DNA of 64,000 bases from Bacillota bacterium (GCA_015059425.1 SVAM01000001.1:28027-92026); one strand, 5' to 3'; shown: positions 36,678 to 46,952, counted from the stretch's first letter. The notes: a model not told the origin generated them from the sequence alone. A program made the numbers and translations.

Positions 36678-37248
36678 ATGAATAAAAAAGATATAGTGAT
36701 AGGAGCTTTAGTATCAGTTGCTATTTTATTAATTACTTTATTAATTTTAATTTTTACTGATGTAATTAAAGTTGGAGAACCTAAAAAAATTACAGAATAT
36801 AAAGAGTGTGAAGAAAATAAGAATGATAGTATTTCTTATACATATGAAGAAATAGAGGGATTATATGGTACTTCAAGTGAGGATTTAAATTACAATATTT
36901 ACTTTCATAATAACGGAACATTTATTTACGTAACAGATAATGATATAGTGACTAACTCTTTTTTTTGGAAACTATATTATAAAAGATAATAAATTAATTC
37001 TTAATTATTTAATTGATATCAACACACGAGATATTAACGACAGCAAGATTAAAAATGATGAACAAGAAATTATTATCAATAAAGATAAATCTTTAACTAT
37101 TAATAGTAAGCCAGAAAAACTTGAAGACATTAGTATCAAACTTACAGAAATTACTGAAGATAAAAAGCAAAACTTAATTGATACAAAATTATTTGACGTT
37201 GAATATTTGCTAGAATCCTTATTAAAAATCACAGAAGAAACAAACTAG
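36678..37248 (+). pseudogene. Membrane-anchored protein gene interrupted by a +1 frameshift at a T8 tract (36959-36966). The annotated ORF ends at 36989 and the coding signal continues in the +1 frame to 37248.
   Basis: Frame 0 reads ...YVTDNDIVTNSFFWKLYYKR-stop. The +1 frame from the T tract reads LFFGNYIIKDNKLILNYLIDINTRDINDSK...LESLLKITEETN-stop. That is ~96 codons without a stop in 25%-GC DNA. Confidence 0.45.
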
Positions 37249-37395
37249 AAATAGTATATTTTTTATTCCATAAAAAAGTGTAAATATTACAAACATACAT
37301 ATTGTTTATGATATTACATATACTATTAACAGATAGTTTGACAATTAATTTTTGATATGTTAAACTATTTATAGAAATCAAGCCATTGGAAAAAT

Positions 37396-37959
37396 CTAAG
37401 GATTAGTTCCCTGTTGGCTTGGTTTTTTTAATTTATATGAAACATCATATACGTAATGTTTTTCACCAGTAAAGCTTATTTTTATATTAATATCAATAAT
37501 TCCATATTCCGTAACTATATTATTGATAAAATAATTCCATTCTTTTGTGTTGGCGTGAATTCCTTTTAATTTATCCCTTCTTTCTGGTTTTGTACTATCA
37601 TATGTAGAATTAGCAATAATTAAAGGTAATTCTTCAATATGTTCATTTTTATATTTTTTACCTATAGCATCAGATGTATTATTTCCATAAGAATTTTTAT
37701 TTGCACTTTTAGTTGAAAAAGAAGCAATTATAGTTTTATTATTTATATTCAGTTCTATATTCATTTTATTAAAAATATTTTTTATAAGTCTATAAATATT
37801 TTTTTGATTTCTATCAATTAAGTTGCCATGCATATCCAATAATTGAACTTGATTATTTGAATCTATTTTTGTATAAATTTCCTTTAAATCTTTTATTTTA
37901 GTATTTTTAGTTATTATATAAAATTCTTCATCAGTTTTCATTAATATATTTCCTTTCAA
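37396..37959 (-). CDS. Hypothetical protein (187 aa).
   Basis: ORF only. It is in an operon with the upstream 327-aa ORF. Confidence 0.4.
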   Translation of the reverse strand: MKGNILMKTDEEFYIITKNTKIKDLKEIYTKIDSNNQVQLLDMHGNLIDRNQKNIYRLIKNIFNKMNIELNINNKTIIASFSTKSANKNSYGNNTSDAIGKKYKNEHIEELPLIIANSTYDSTKPERRDKLKGIHANTKEWNYFINNIVTEYGIIDINIKISFTGEKHYVYDVSYKLKKPSQQGTNP

Positions 37960-38068
37960 TCAAGAAAATATATTAACAAATTAACTTTGAAAAAATTGTC
38001 ACATTTTGTCATATGGTTTAATTTTTTATTAACTCATTAAAAAACTGGATTTATTATTCCAGTATTTT

Positions 38069-39052
38069 TTACCATATATGTAATTTATTGTCTTCTCTTC
38101 TTCTAACAAATTCATCTTTTTGTTCATTTAAAAACGCTTCAGAAATAGTAGGATTTTCACTTGCGATTGTTTTATCATATTCTTTACTTATTGCTTGCAT
38201 TTTTTCTATAGTTTCTTTGATAGATACTAATAATTCCTTTAATTCTTTTTTCTTATCTATATCATCTATTTGATCAATTTTTAAACTAACTATATTAAAC
38301 ATATTATATAAATCTTGTATAGCAACACCTATATCAACAGAGTTTCTTACAGCAGTAATTTCGTCTGTTTTTTCATTTCTTAAAGCCATAATGTTTTCAA
38401 AAAGATCTTTTTTTTGCGAATTATCAGGCAACCTATTAGAATCAAACACTAAATTATTTAAAAGAATTTTATAATACCCCCTAAAACTACCAATTGTAAT
38501 TTTATAACTAGAATCATTAGATTTATATTTAACATAACCCGAACTATAATCCGGAATAATAACCATGTTATCCATATATGTTATCTCAATATTATCTGCA
38601 AACCACGTATACACATATTGTTCCTCTTGCGTAAAATCTATTTCTCTATTAAATTCTATTTCATCAAACTTTAATTCTTTCAACTTTTTTAATACTGCTA
38701 AAATTTTATCTATATCCTCTTTGTGTGCAAGTAAATATTTATAGAAAAATTGAAGACCTTCATTTGGTTCTCCATACCATCCATAATTGCGATTTATAAA
38801 AGTTGTCACACTGGAATATTTATTAATTGTATCAATTGTTTTTTTATTTTCCGCATAAAATTTTTTAGCTTTTCTTCCGCCTATTTGGAATTTTCCTCTA
38901 GATACATCCCATAATTGAAATACAAATTTTCTATTATATTTAGGCGAAATATAATAGAATAATAAACTTTCAAATTGTTTAAAATCATCTAAAATATGGC
39001 ATAGTGCTATTAAATTATTAATATCAATAGTATAATTTTCGTTCATAACCAA
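38069..39052 (-). CDS. Hypothetical protein (327 aa).
   Basis: ORF only. It lies downstream of rpmA, where Bacillus has spo0B-obg. Confidence 0.4.
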   Translation of the reverse strand: MVMNENYTIDINNLIALCHILDDFKQFESLLFYYISPKYNRKFVFQLWDVSRGKFQIGGRKAKKFYAENKKTIDTINKYSSVTTFINRNYGWYGEPNEGLQFFYKYLLAHKEDIDKILAVLKKLKELKFDEIEFNREIDFTQEEQYVYTWFADNIEITYMDNMVIIPDYSSGYVKYKSNDSSYKITIGSFRGYYKILLNNLVFDSNRLPDNSQKKDLFENIMALRNEKTDEITAVRNSVDIGVAIQDLYNMFNIVSLKIDQIDDIDKKKELKELLVSIKETIEKMQAISKEYDKTIASENPTISEAFLNEQKDEFVRRREDNKLHIW

Positions 39053-39130
39053 AACTCCTTTTCAAATATATCTGTTATTATAACATATATACTTTAATTG
39101 CGCATTATTTTTTTATAAAAAAAGCATTTA

Positions 39131-39415
39131 CTATGCTTCGTAAACGCTTACTTTCTTTTTATCTCTACCTAATCTTTCGAAACGAACAACACCATCAATT
39201 TTAGCAAATAAAGTGTGATCTTTTCCCATTCCAACATTTGTTCCTGGATAAATCTTAGTTCCTCTTTGACGATATAGGATTGAACCAGCTGTAACAGTTT
39301 GTCTATCAGCAGCTTTAGCTCCTAATCTACGTCCACGTGAATCACGACCGTTACGAGTTGAACCTTGAGCTTTAACGTGAGCAAATAATTGGATATTTAA
39401 ATTCATAAACTTCAT
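39131..39415 (-). CDS. rpmA: 50S ribosomal protein L27, with an N-terminal propeptide of the kind cleaved by Prp.
   Basis: [26 protein letters not shown]... carries the conserved L27 core. Confidence 0.9.
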   Translation of the reverse strand: MKFMNLNIQLFAHVKAQGSTRNGRDSRGRRLGAKAADRQTVTAGSILYRQRGTKIYPGTNVGMGKDHTLFAKIDGVVRFERLGRDKKKVSVYEA

Positions 39416-39714
39416 GGTCTTTCCTCCTTAATTATTTTAATATTTTTTTTATAAGTTAATGTTAGTTCTTCTAACATTGCAATCATATTTTCAATTATTA
39501 ATAAAACGTATTTATTATCACTAGTAATATTTATTATAAGTTTATCCTTTTCTTCTTTATAATTTAAAGAATTACTATCTAATCTTAAACAAGCATTAAT
39601 ACTTGTAATAACTATAGAAGATACACTTGCACATACAATATCTTTGCCATACTCTTCATAGTTAGCATGACCAGTAATAACTATATTATCTTTATTAATC
39701 TTTACTTTTATCAT
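39412..39714 (-). CDS. prp: Ribosomal-processing cysteine protease Prp.
   Basis: It is 100 aa with a GH...CAS.SS signature and lies between rplU and rpmA. Confidence 0.8.
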   Translation of the reverse strand: MIKVKINKDNIVITGHANYEEYGKDIVCASVSSIVITSINACLRLDSNSLNYKEEKDKLIINITSDNKYVLLIIENMIAMLEELTLTYKKNIKIIKEERP

Positions 39715-39716
39715 AA

Positions 39717-40019
39717 TTAGCCAATTTTTTTAACAACTAATTTAGTGTATGGTTGTCTATGACCTTGAGTTTTACGATATTTCTTTTTAGGTCTATATTT
39801 GAAAACTTTTATTTTCTTTTGTTTTCCATGTTTTTCTACTAAACAAACAACACTTGCACCTTCAACATATGGTGTACCAATTTTACCATCAACTGCTAAA
39901 ACATTAGTAAATGTTACTTCTTCACCAGCTTCATTAGGTAATTTTTCAACATAAATTACATCATTTTCTGAAACATAATATTGTTTTCCACCTGTTTCGA
40001 ATATAGCTTTCATCTTCAT
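39717..40019 (-). CDS. rplU: 50S ribosomal protein L21.
   Basis: [27 protein letters not shown]. Confidence 0.9.
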   Translation of the reverse strand: MKMKAIFETGGKQYYVSENDVIYVEKLPNEAGEEVTFTNVLAVDGKIGTPYVEGASVVCLVEKHGKQKKIKVFKYRPKKKYRKTQGHRQPYTKLVVKKIG

Positions 40020-40148
40020 TCCTCCTTCATATTTTAAGACGCACCCTTATGGTAACTTAAAGTTTTATAACCATTTTAGTGTGGTTTTTTACGAATACCA
40101 AAGCTTCGCACGTGTATAATTCTAGCAAATTTAACTCTGTTTGTCAAA
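40020..40148 (-). promoter_or_regulatory. rplU promoter (TTGACA-17-TAGAAT) plus an ~85-nt structured leader, consistent with the Firmicute L21 leader.
   Basis: The minus strand reads gtTTGACAaacagagttaaatttgcTAGAATtatac... The leader and a GGAGG RBS follow. Confidence 0.45.
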
Positions 40149-41843
40149 CTATTTTCTTGTACGTTCTTCACCAGTTAATAAAAATGCAAATTCTTCTCTA
40201 TATTTTCTAATTGTTTCAAAGTCCTCTTCTTTATACAATTTTAATAAATAACTAAATTTTTGTTCTTCATTTAACATATTTATATTTATATCTGTTCTAT
40301 TATTTATTTCATTTATTTTATCTATAACTTTATTTCTCAATTCTATATTTTCTAAATTTTCAAATAAACGATTTAAATATATAATATTTTCACTGAATAT
40401 GATTACATTAGTAATAAACTCTTGATATTCAGGTTCTTTTTTAATTAAATTAACAAGCCCTTCCAAATCATTTAATGTTACTAACGTTAAAATTAATTTT
40501 TTCTTTTGTTCTCTATCATCAATAGAAACTAATTCTCTTATATAGTATAAAGCTTTTGATTCAATTACTTTATTAACTAGTGTTTCTACTGGAGCATTTT
40601 TTACGTGGAAAATAAATGTATTAATCCAATTAATTTCTCCTGTTTCAATTAAAGCGTTTGCTAAATCATTTATTGGTGCATTATTTACATCATATGCAAA
40701 TTCATATATTTTATTTGCCACTTTAGTATTAATTATTGCTTTAGATAATTTTTCTATATTAGCACCTTTTATATCTTTGGCAAAACGATATATAAATAGT
40801 GCGTCATTAACTCTTATTATTGCATTCATTAATCTTTCAATTGGAGCATTTGGAATATCTTTGGCAAATCTATAAATATATTGTGGATTTTTAGATGCGA
40901 TAACTCCGCTTGCTAATTTATTTATAGGGGCATTTTTTACACTACGAGCAAATTCAAATATAGCATAACCACTGTTAGTTTTAATAATCGCATCAGCAAG
41001 TTTATTAACTGAGGCATTTTTTACGTTATTCGCAAAATCTGCGATTTTTAATATGTTAACATCTGGATCTGCTTCTATTAATGATAATATGCCATCTGTT
41101 AATATTTCAATTGGGGCATTTTCTACATCGCGCGCAAATTTATAAATGTATGTAATGCTTTTAGTTCTACATACCGCATGTGCCAATGATATAATATCTT
41201 GATTGCTAATGCCTTTAATAATTTTGGCAAATTTACAAATAAATTCTGGATTTCCAGTTTCAATAATTCCCTCTACAAAGTCATGAATTGGAACATTTTT
41301 TCTCATGTCTGCCAAATAACAAATCATAAAAGGGTCTTTTTTATTTATTGCTATTTCACATATTTTGTCTATTGGAGCATTTGGTATACGAGTAATACTT
41401 AAAAGAAATTTAGAATCCTCAGCATTTTTTAAAACATCAACAATTTTATCAAGAGGAACTCCTTTTACTCTTTCTGCAAATTTAAGAATAGCATGATAAT
41501 TAAATTCTAGTATTCTATTAGTTAAAGTATCAATTGGAGCATTTTCTATTTCGACTCCTAATGTAATAATATCATCTGAATTAATGCTTTTAGTCAATAT
41601 TTTATTTATAAGATCATTTACTTTAAAATTTTTAACATTTTTAATTACGCCTTTTATATTATGTATTTCGTGTATTGCTTTATATTTATATACACAATTC
41701 GCTATTACTTCATATAAATCATCTAAAGTTATAATGCTTTCTTCAATTAGTTTATTAAGCATTTTATAATCATCATTAATTCCTTTATGAAAAAGCTTTT
41801 CTAAATAATCATTCATATTTTTCCCACCTGTCTTAAGTATCAT
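40149..41843 (-). CDS. Tandem-repeat protein (564 aa) with about 11 copies of a ~36-aa unit (consensus ..IY.FA.DV.NAPI..L...II...). Function unknown.
   Basis: The units include KFAERVKGVPLDKIVDVL, IYRFAKDIPNAPIERLMNAIIRV, IYEFAYDVNNAPINDLANALIET and others. Matching ~108-bp repeats are visible in the DNA. Confidence 0.5.
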   Translation of the reverse strand: MILKTGGKNMNDYLEKLFHKGINDDYKMLNKLIEESIITLDDLYEVIANCVYKYKAIHEIHNIKGVIKNVKNFKVNDLINKILTKSINSDDIITLGVEIENAPIDTLTNRILEFNYHAILKFAERVKGVPLDKIVDVLKNAEDSKFLLSITRIPNAPIDKICEIAINKKDPFMICYLADMRKNVPIHDFVEGIIETGNPEFICKFAKIIKGISNQDIISLAHAVCRTKSITYIYKFARDVENAPIEILTDGILSLIEADPDVNILKIADFANNVKNASVNKLADAIIKTNSGYAIFEFARSVKNAPINKLASGVIASKNPQYIYRFAKDIPNAPIERLMNAIIRVNDALFIYRFAKDIKGANIEKLSKAIINTKVANKIYEFAYDVNNAPINDLANALIETGEINWINTFIFHVKNAPVETLVNKVIESKALYYIRELVSIDDREQKKKLILTLVTLNDLEGLVNLIKKEPEYQEFITNVIIFSENIIYLNRLFENLENIELRNKVIDKINEINNRTDININMLNEEQKFSYLLKLYKEEDFETIRKYREEFAFLLTGEERTRK

Positions 41844-41875
41844 CTATTATATATGAAAATTATTTAATTGTAAAC

Positions 41876-42643
41876 TTAATTATTAAACTTTTTAGCTAAT
41901 AATTTCTTTTCCGAATATATTTTATTATTATCTTTAAAGTAATGGTATGTATCTTTTTTTAATAATTTTAAATCAATATCATTATGATATTTAACTTTAC
42001 TATATTTTAAATCATATAAATGTCTTTCCATTAAAAATCTAAAATATTCATATTTAAAATCTTTAAAAGTTGTTATTATTTTATAAATTAAAAAACTAAT
42101 AACTAAATAATTATTTAAAGAATATATTTCATTATAAGTTATAAATAAAAAAATAAAAGTGATACTTACTATGAAACTTAGATAAAATGCTTTTTTGTAA
42201 GGCAATATTAATTCCCATATACTTCTAAAAAAGATATATCCATCTAAAGGTATAATGGGAAGCATATTAAATAGCATTATTGTTTTATTATAATTAATAA
42301 ATAACACATATGTATTACTTGATATATAACTAAATTTAAACATTATTAAAAAGATAAATCCTAATATAATTTGAAAAACTATTCCAAATATAGAAATTAA
42401 TATTTCATGTTTTATACTAGTATTTATTTTTTTATTTATAGTAGTTACTCCACCCATGGGATATATATCTACTTTTATTATTTTGTATTTTAACAATTTT
42501 ACTATAAAAATATGCCCTAATTCATGAACTATAACTATTAAATAAATTAAAATAATATTTTTTATTAAGCCTGTAAATAAAAAAGTTAATATTAAAAAAT
42601 AAGTCGAAATATTAACTTTAAATAAGTTTTTGATACTCTTCAT
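41876..42643 (-). CDS. spoIVFB: Site-2 protease family M50 (SpoIVFB-like).
   Basis: A HELGH zinc motif lies in a TM helix. The protein is polytopic and the gene order is spoIVFA-spoIVFB. Confidence 0.6.
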   Translation of the reverse strand: MKSIKNLFKVNISTYFLILTFLFTGLIKNIILIYLIVIVHELGHIFIVKLLKYKIIKVDIYPMGGVTTINKKINTSIKHEILISIFGIVFQIILGFIFLIMFKFSYISSNTYVLFINYNKTIMLFNMLPIIPLDGYIFFRSIWELILPYKKAFYLSFIVSITFIFLFITYNEIYSLNNYLVISFLIYKIITTFKDFKYEYFRFLMERHLYDLKYSKVKYHNDIDLKLLKKDTYHYFKDNNKIYSEKKLLAKKFNN

Positions 42644-43259
42644 ATGTTATATATTTACCATCTTTGTTTATTGTTAAATATATAAAATCACTATTGCTAG
42701 TTCCTAAAATAGCACCAGATTCTACATAATCATATATTTTAATATTAGTATCTGTTATATTAGAATACCAAATATCTACTCCATCATTACCTTGAATAAT
42801 TATAGTATTTCCTAAATCATCTTTTTCACCTATAAATACTACTATGCCACTAGTTATTACATTTACCACTTCATTAATACCTGTAGTTAGTTTTACTCCA
42901 TTTTTATAATTTTCAATATTAGAATAATCAATACTATTAAAAAATACGCTTGTTGAATCATCTTTAGGTTCACTTAATATATCTACTTCCCCAAATAAAC
43001 TTTGATATAAATTATTTATTTTAGTAAAACCTAAAGAGTTTTCAAGTACATATTCTTTATAAATTTTTTTATTATTATCACTTAAATTAGTAAATATAAT
43101 ACTTCCTAAAACAAATATTATTGAAAGCAGTACTCTTGATATTAAACCTTTAATATATTTTAAATTTTTAGGCAAGTCATCTTTGTTACTAGATTTATCA
43201 CTATTTATATAGTTCATTCTTTTTTCTTTATTTTTTCTTATAATTTCTTCTACATCCAT
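42618..43259 (-). CDS. spoIVFA: SpoIVFA-like membrane protein with a degenerate LytM/M23 domain.
   Basis: A TM anchor is followed by ITSGIVVFIGEKDDLGNTIIIQGNDGVDIWYSNI, a LytM-like segment that lacks the metal-binding His residues. Confidence 0.5.
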   Translation of the reverse strand: MDVEEIIRKNKEKRMNYINSDKSSNKDDLPKNLKYIKGLISRVLLSIIFVLGSIIFTNLSDNNKKIYKEYVLENSLGFTKINNLYQSLFGEVDILSEPKDDSTSVFFNSIDYSNIENYKNGVKLTTGINEVVNVITSGIVVFIGEKDDLGNTIIIQGNDGVDIWYSNITDTNIKIYDYVESGAILGTSNSDFIYLTINKDGKYITYEEYQKLI

Positions 43260-43265
43260 TAATTA

Positions 43266-43670
43266 TCACCTAGATAATTTTATGTATTTAAAAACTATAT
43301 TATAACTAAGTAAATAAAATATTATATTTATGACATAATTTTGTGAAATAAATTTAAATATATATAAGTAAGAATAATTATTTAATAAACCTAATATTAA
43401 AATATAACTTATATATATAATACTTATTGATAAAAAATAGTTAAATAAATTTATTTTTACTATTTTAAATTTCTTATATATTAAAAATAATATTATTAAA
43501 ATTATTGTATTAAAAAAATATTTATTTAATATCAACAAATCTAATATTAAGGTAATTATTATTAATTTGTGAAAATCTTCTTTTCTTATAAGTAATATAT
43601 TTAATAAAAAAAAGTAAGTAGGAAATATACTAAAATAAGATATTAAAATATCAAGTAATAATAAAATCAT
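43266..43670 (-). CDS. mreD: Rod shape-determining protein MreD.
   Basis: It is a small polytopic membrane protein and overlaps the mreC 3' end. Confidence 0.5.
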   Translation of the reverse strand: MILLLLDILISYFSIFPTYFFLLNILLIRKEDFHKLIIITLILDLLILNKYFFNTIILIILFLIYKKFKIVKINLFNYFLSISIIYISYILILGLLNNYSYLYIFKFISQNYVINIIFYLLSYNIVFKYIKLSR

Positions 43671-44311
43671 ACTATTACTCCAACATATTTAATATTATTA
43701 AAATTATTATAAGTATTTATGTCTAGGATATATTCTAGTTCTAAACTATCTCTATTTACTTTAGTAACTGTTCCTATTTTTATATTTCCTGGTATATCAG
43801 TTAAACCAGAAGTAGAAACTATATCTCCTACTTTTATTTCATTATCCAGTTTAATATTATTTACATAGAGTTTATTATCTTTAGAATATAAAATACCATA
43901 AGAATTATTTATTTTAACTGATATGTTTATATCTTTATTAGTAATAAGTTTAACTTCACTATAATTTTTATATACTTTATCTATAACCCCTATTAAACCT
44001 AAACTATTAATTACAATATTACCTTTTTTTATATTATCATTTAATCCTTTATTAATCGTAACTTTATTATAAAAGTCATAAATATCTCTAATAATTATTT
44101 TAGAATAAATTAAATTGTAATTATCTATTTTAATATTTAATAATTCAGATAAATCTTCATATTCAAGTTTATAATCTAAATTATTATATGTACAAAAATT
44201 ATTTGTTTCTTTAGCTTTAAATAAACCAATAAAAGTATCTTTTCCTAAAACAAAAAGATATATAGTTATTAAAAATATATAAAATCCATATTTTTTTAAC
44301 ATAGTATTCAC
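43667..44311 (-). CDS. mreC: Rod shape-determining protein MreC.
   Basis: An N-terminal TM helix is followed by the beta-domain segments SLGLIGVIDKV and VSTSGLTDIPGNIKIGTV. Confidence 0.65.
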   Translation of the reverse strand: MNTMLKKYGFYIFLITIYLFVLGKDTFIGLFKAKETNNFCTYNNLDYKLEYEDLSELLNIKIDNYNLIYSKIIIRDIYDFYNKVTINKGLNDNIKKGNIVINSLGLIGVIDKVYKNYSEVKLITNKDINISVKINNSYGILYSKDNKLYVNNIKLDNEIKVGDIVSTSGLTDIPGNIKIGTVTKVNRDSLELEYILDINTYNNFNNIKYVGVIV

Positions 44312-44331
44312 CTAATATTATTATGAGTAAT

Positions 44332-44784
44332 TTATACATTTATATATTCATTAAATAACTTTAATAAAGAATTATTTATATTTTCATAATAACTTCTATC
44401 ACTTGTTTTTATTAATAACTCATAATTACTTATAACATTTAAAAAGTCTACACTTGCTTTCATAGTTTCTTTAGTAAACTTTACATCCTTATCTATAAAG
44501 TAGCTTTCCATTAATTCTATACTTTCTTTTTCTTTATATACTCCAATGATAACCTTATAAATACCATCTTTGTTGTATATTAAAGCATTTTTATAATTAT
44601 TCTTTTTATTATTAGCACTTTCCATATTATTATAAGATCCAACACAAAAATATGTTACTTTAGATTCTAAAGCATTAGTAATAATCGTATTATCATACTT
44701 ATAACAAAATATATAACTTGATACTATTCCTATAATTAAAGCCACGAAAAAAACTTTAACATTTTGCTTCATATACCTCACCAA
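44332..44784 (-). CDS. Hypothetical membrane-anchored protein, possibly SPOR-like.
   Basis: It has an N-terminal TM helix. The YKVIIGVYKEKESIELMESYF segment is weakly SPOR-like. Confidence 0.3.
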   Translation of the reverse strand: MVRYMKQNVKVFFVALIIGIVSSYIFCYKYDNTIITNALESKVTYFCVGSYNNMESANNKKNNYKNALIYNKDGIYKVIIGVYKEKESIELMESYFIDKDVKFTKETMKASVDFLNVISNYELLIKTSDRSYYENINNSLLKLFNEYINV

Positions 44785-44928
44785 AAGTATATTAACATAG
44801 TAATCTAAAATATTATGTCGAACTATGATTTTTTAAATTTTATCGCCTGACACAATTCGACAAATTTTGCTTATTTAATATGTTATCCTAAATTTATTTC
44901 TTTTTAAAGAAGTTAGAAAGGAGGTAAA

Positions 44929-45840
44929 ATGTTAAAAGAAAAAATATTTATAAGTTTAAGTGAAGATTTACTTTTTAAAGAAGCTTTTACACATATTGAT
45001 AATAGGCATATATTAATTGATTATCTAGCTACTATGACTAATTTTACTAAAGAATATTTAGAAAGCGTTGATATTGATGTAGTTTATGAAAGCATTATGA
45101 CCAAAACAAAAATTAACGATAAATCCATGCGCGGAGATATAATTATAAAATTTGATAACTATATTATAAATTTAGAATCATATTCATACTTCGATGCATT
45201 ATCTTTTGATAAATCAACTAGTTACATAATGAGAATATTTTCAACTCAGTTAGATCGAGGCGAAGATTATAATTTGCTGGAAAGTGTTATTCAAATAAAT
45301 ATAATAGATAATGTTGAAATACCTTTTACAAATAAAGTTAAAAGTAATTATTTTATAACTAACGAAGAAGATATAAATGACAAAAAATTAGCTGATAAAT
45401 TTATTATAAAATACTACCGAATTGACAAAGCTAGAGAGATAGAATATAATGAAAGCGATAGAGAAATTAGATGGTTAAAATTTATTGGAGCTAAAAGCGA
45501 CGAAGAAAGAAAATTAATAGCTAAAGGAGATGAAATATTAATGGCAATGGATAATTTTGTCTATGAATATATAAATGACGAGAAAACTAAAAAAATATTT
45601 GGTGAATGGGCAGAATATATTGCAAGTGAAAAAGCTCGTAAAATAGGATTAAAAGAAGGACGAGAGCAAGGCATCAAGGAAGGCATCAAAGAAGGCATCA
45701 AAGAAGGTATTGAACAAGGTAAATTAGAAAATAATTTAAAAATTGTTAGTAATTTGTTATCTATGGATACATCACTTGAGGATATTTCTAAAATAACAGG
45801 TTTATCTATTAATGAAATAAAAGAATTGAGCAAAAATTAA
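44929..45840 (+). CDS. Rpn-family recombination-promoting nuclease / putative transposase (YhgA-like PD-(D/E)XK).
   Basis: The N-terminus DLLFKEAFTHIDNRH is typical. The C-terminal tail carries tandem GIKEG repeats (GIKEGIKEGIKEGIEQG), visible as 15-bp DNA repeats at ~45668-45720. Confidence 0.7.
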   Translation: MLKEKIFISLSEDLLFKEAFTHIDNRHILIDYLATMTNFTKEYLESVDIDVVYESIMTKTKINDKSMRGDIIIKFDNYIINLESYSYFDALSFDKSTSYIMRIFSTQLDRGEDYNLLESVIQINIIDNVEIPFTNKVKSNYFITNEEDINDKKLADKFIIKYYRIDKAREIEYNESDREIRWLKFIGAKSDEERKLIAKGDEILMAMDNFVYEYINDEKTKKIFGEWAEYIASEKARKIGLKEGREQGIKEGIKEGIKEGIEQGKLENNLKIVSNLLSMDTSLEDISKITGLSINEIKELSKN

Positions 45841-45855
45841 TTTTTGCTCTTTTAT

Positions 45856-46377
45856 TTATCCAAAAAATATAAAAGTTATAATAAAGGCTGCAATAATACC
45901 CATTAAGTCTGCAAATAAACCTACTGGTAGCGAATACCTTGTCTTAACTACTTTTATACTTCCATAATATAAAGCTAAAACATAAATAGTAGTATCGGTA
46001 CATCCTTGTAATGTAGCGGCAAGTCTACCGATAAAACTATCAGGGCCAAAATTAATAAATATATCATTCATAATAGCAAGTGATGCTGTACCAGATATTG
46101 GTCTTAATATTGCCATAGGAAGTATATCTATTGGAATATTTATTAATCTAAATAAAGGTTCTAAAAAACTTAAAGTTTCTTTTAAAAAATTACTATCTAA
46201 AAAAATATTTACAGCAAAAACCATCGCTAGTATTGTAGGAGTAATTCGAAATACCATTATTAATCCTTCTTTAGCTCCTACTAAAAAAGATTCGTATACG
46301 TTTACTTTCTTTTTTACTCCATTAAATATTATTAATAAAACAAAGAGAGGAATTATAATTTTTGATATTGCATTCAT
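45856..46377 (-). CDS. spmB: Spore maturation protein B.
   Basis: It is a nucleoside-recognition-domain membrane protein and follows spmA in a dacB-spmA-spmB operon. Confidence 0.7.
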   Translation of the reverse strand: MNAISKIIIPLFVLLIIFNGVKKKVNVYESFLVGAKEGLIMVFRITPTILAMVFAVNIFLDSNFLKETLSFLEPLFRLINIPIDILPMAILRPISGTASLAIMNDIFINFGPDSFIGRLAATLQGCTDTTIYVLALYYGSIKVVKTRYSLPVGLFADLMGIIAAFIITFIFFG

Positions 46378-46952
46378 CTATTTTTCCTCCTTATTATATA
46401 ATCTAAAATAAGACCTGAAATACTAGACACTGCAGTTGCTAAAATACTAGTAATTATTATTTCTGTTGGATTACTACTGCCATGCATGATACGAAGTGCT
46501 ATTACTGTTGTAGGTATTAATGTTACTCCGCCTGTATTAAGCACTAAAAATGTAATCATAGCTTCTGTTGCTGTATCTTTTTCTGGATTACCTTTTTGTA
46601 ATTCTTCCATTGCTTTTAATCCAAATGGAGTAGCAGCAGAACCTAAACCTAACATATTTGCAGCAATATTACTAGCTATGTAACCTAAAGCTTTATGATC
46701 TTTATCTAAACTAGGAAAAAGTTTACTTAAAACAGGATTTAAAAATTTAGAAAATACTTTAAGTAATCCAGCATCTTCTGCTATTTTCATAATTCCTGTC
46801 CATAAAACTATTAATGGCATCATATCAAGTATTAAATTTATACCACTTGTAGCATGGGTTAAGATTCCATTATTTATAGTTTCAAAATTACCTGTAATAA
46901 AAGAATAAATAATAGCAATAAATATTAAAAGATACCATATAACATTTACCAT
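46374..46952 (-). CDS. spmA: Spore maturation protein A.
   Basis: It is a membrane protein with a 4-nt overlap to spmB and directly follows dacB. Confidence 0.7.
   Translation of the reverse strand: MVNVIWYLLIFIAIIYSFITGNFETINNGILTHATSGINLILDMMPLIVLWTGIMKIAEDAGLLKVFSKFLNPVLSKLFPSLDKDHKALGYIASNIAANMLGLGSAATPFGLKAMEELQKGNPEKDTATEAMITFLVLNTGGVTLIPTTVIALRIMHGSSNPTEIIITSILATAVSSISGLILDYIIRRKNR

Noticed and set aside
37005-37232. 75-aa minus-strand ORF
   Set aside because: It is antisense to the +1-frame continuation of the frameshifted gene at 36678-37248. Its Leu/Ser/Ile-rich translation is the typical mirror of an AT-rich coding strand.
45640-45725. 15-bp tandem DNA repeats (caaggcatcaaggaaggcatcaaagaaggcatcaaagaaggt), considered as an independent repeat element
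   Set aside because: They simply encode the GIKEG peptide repeats in the C-terminal tail of the Rpn-family protein. They are not a separate feature.
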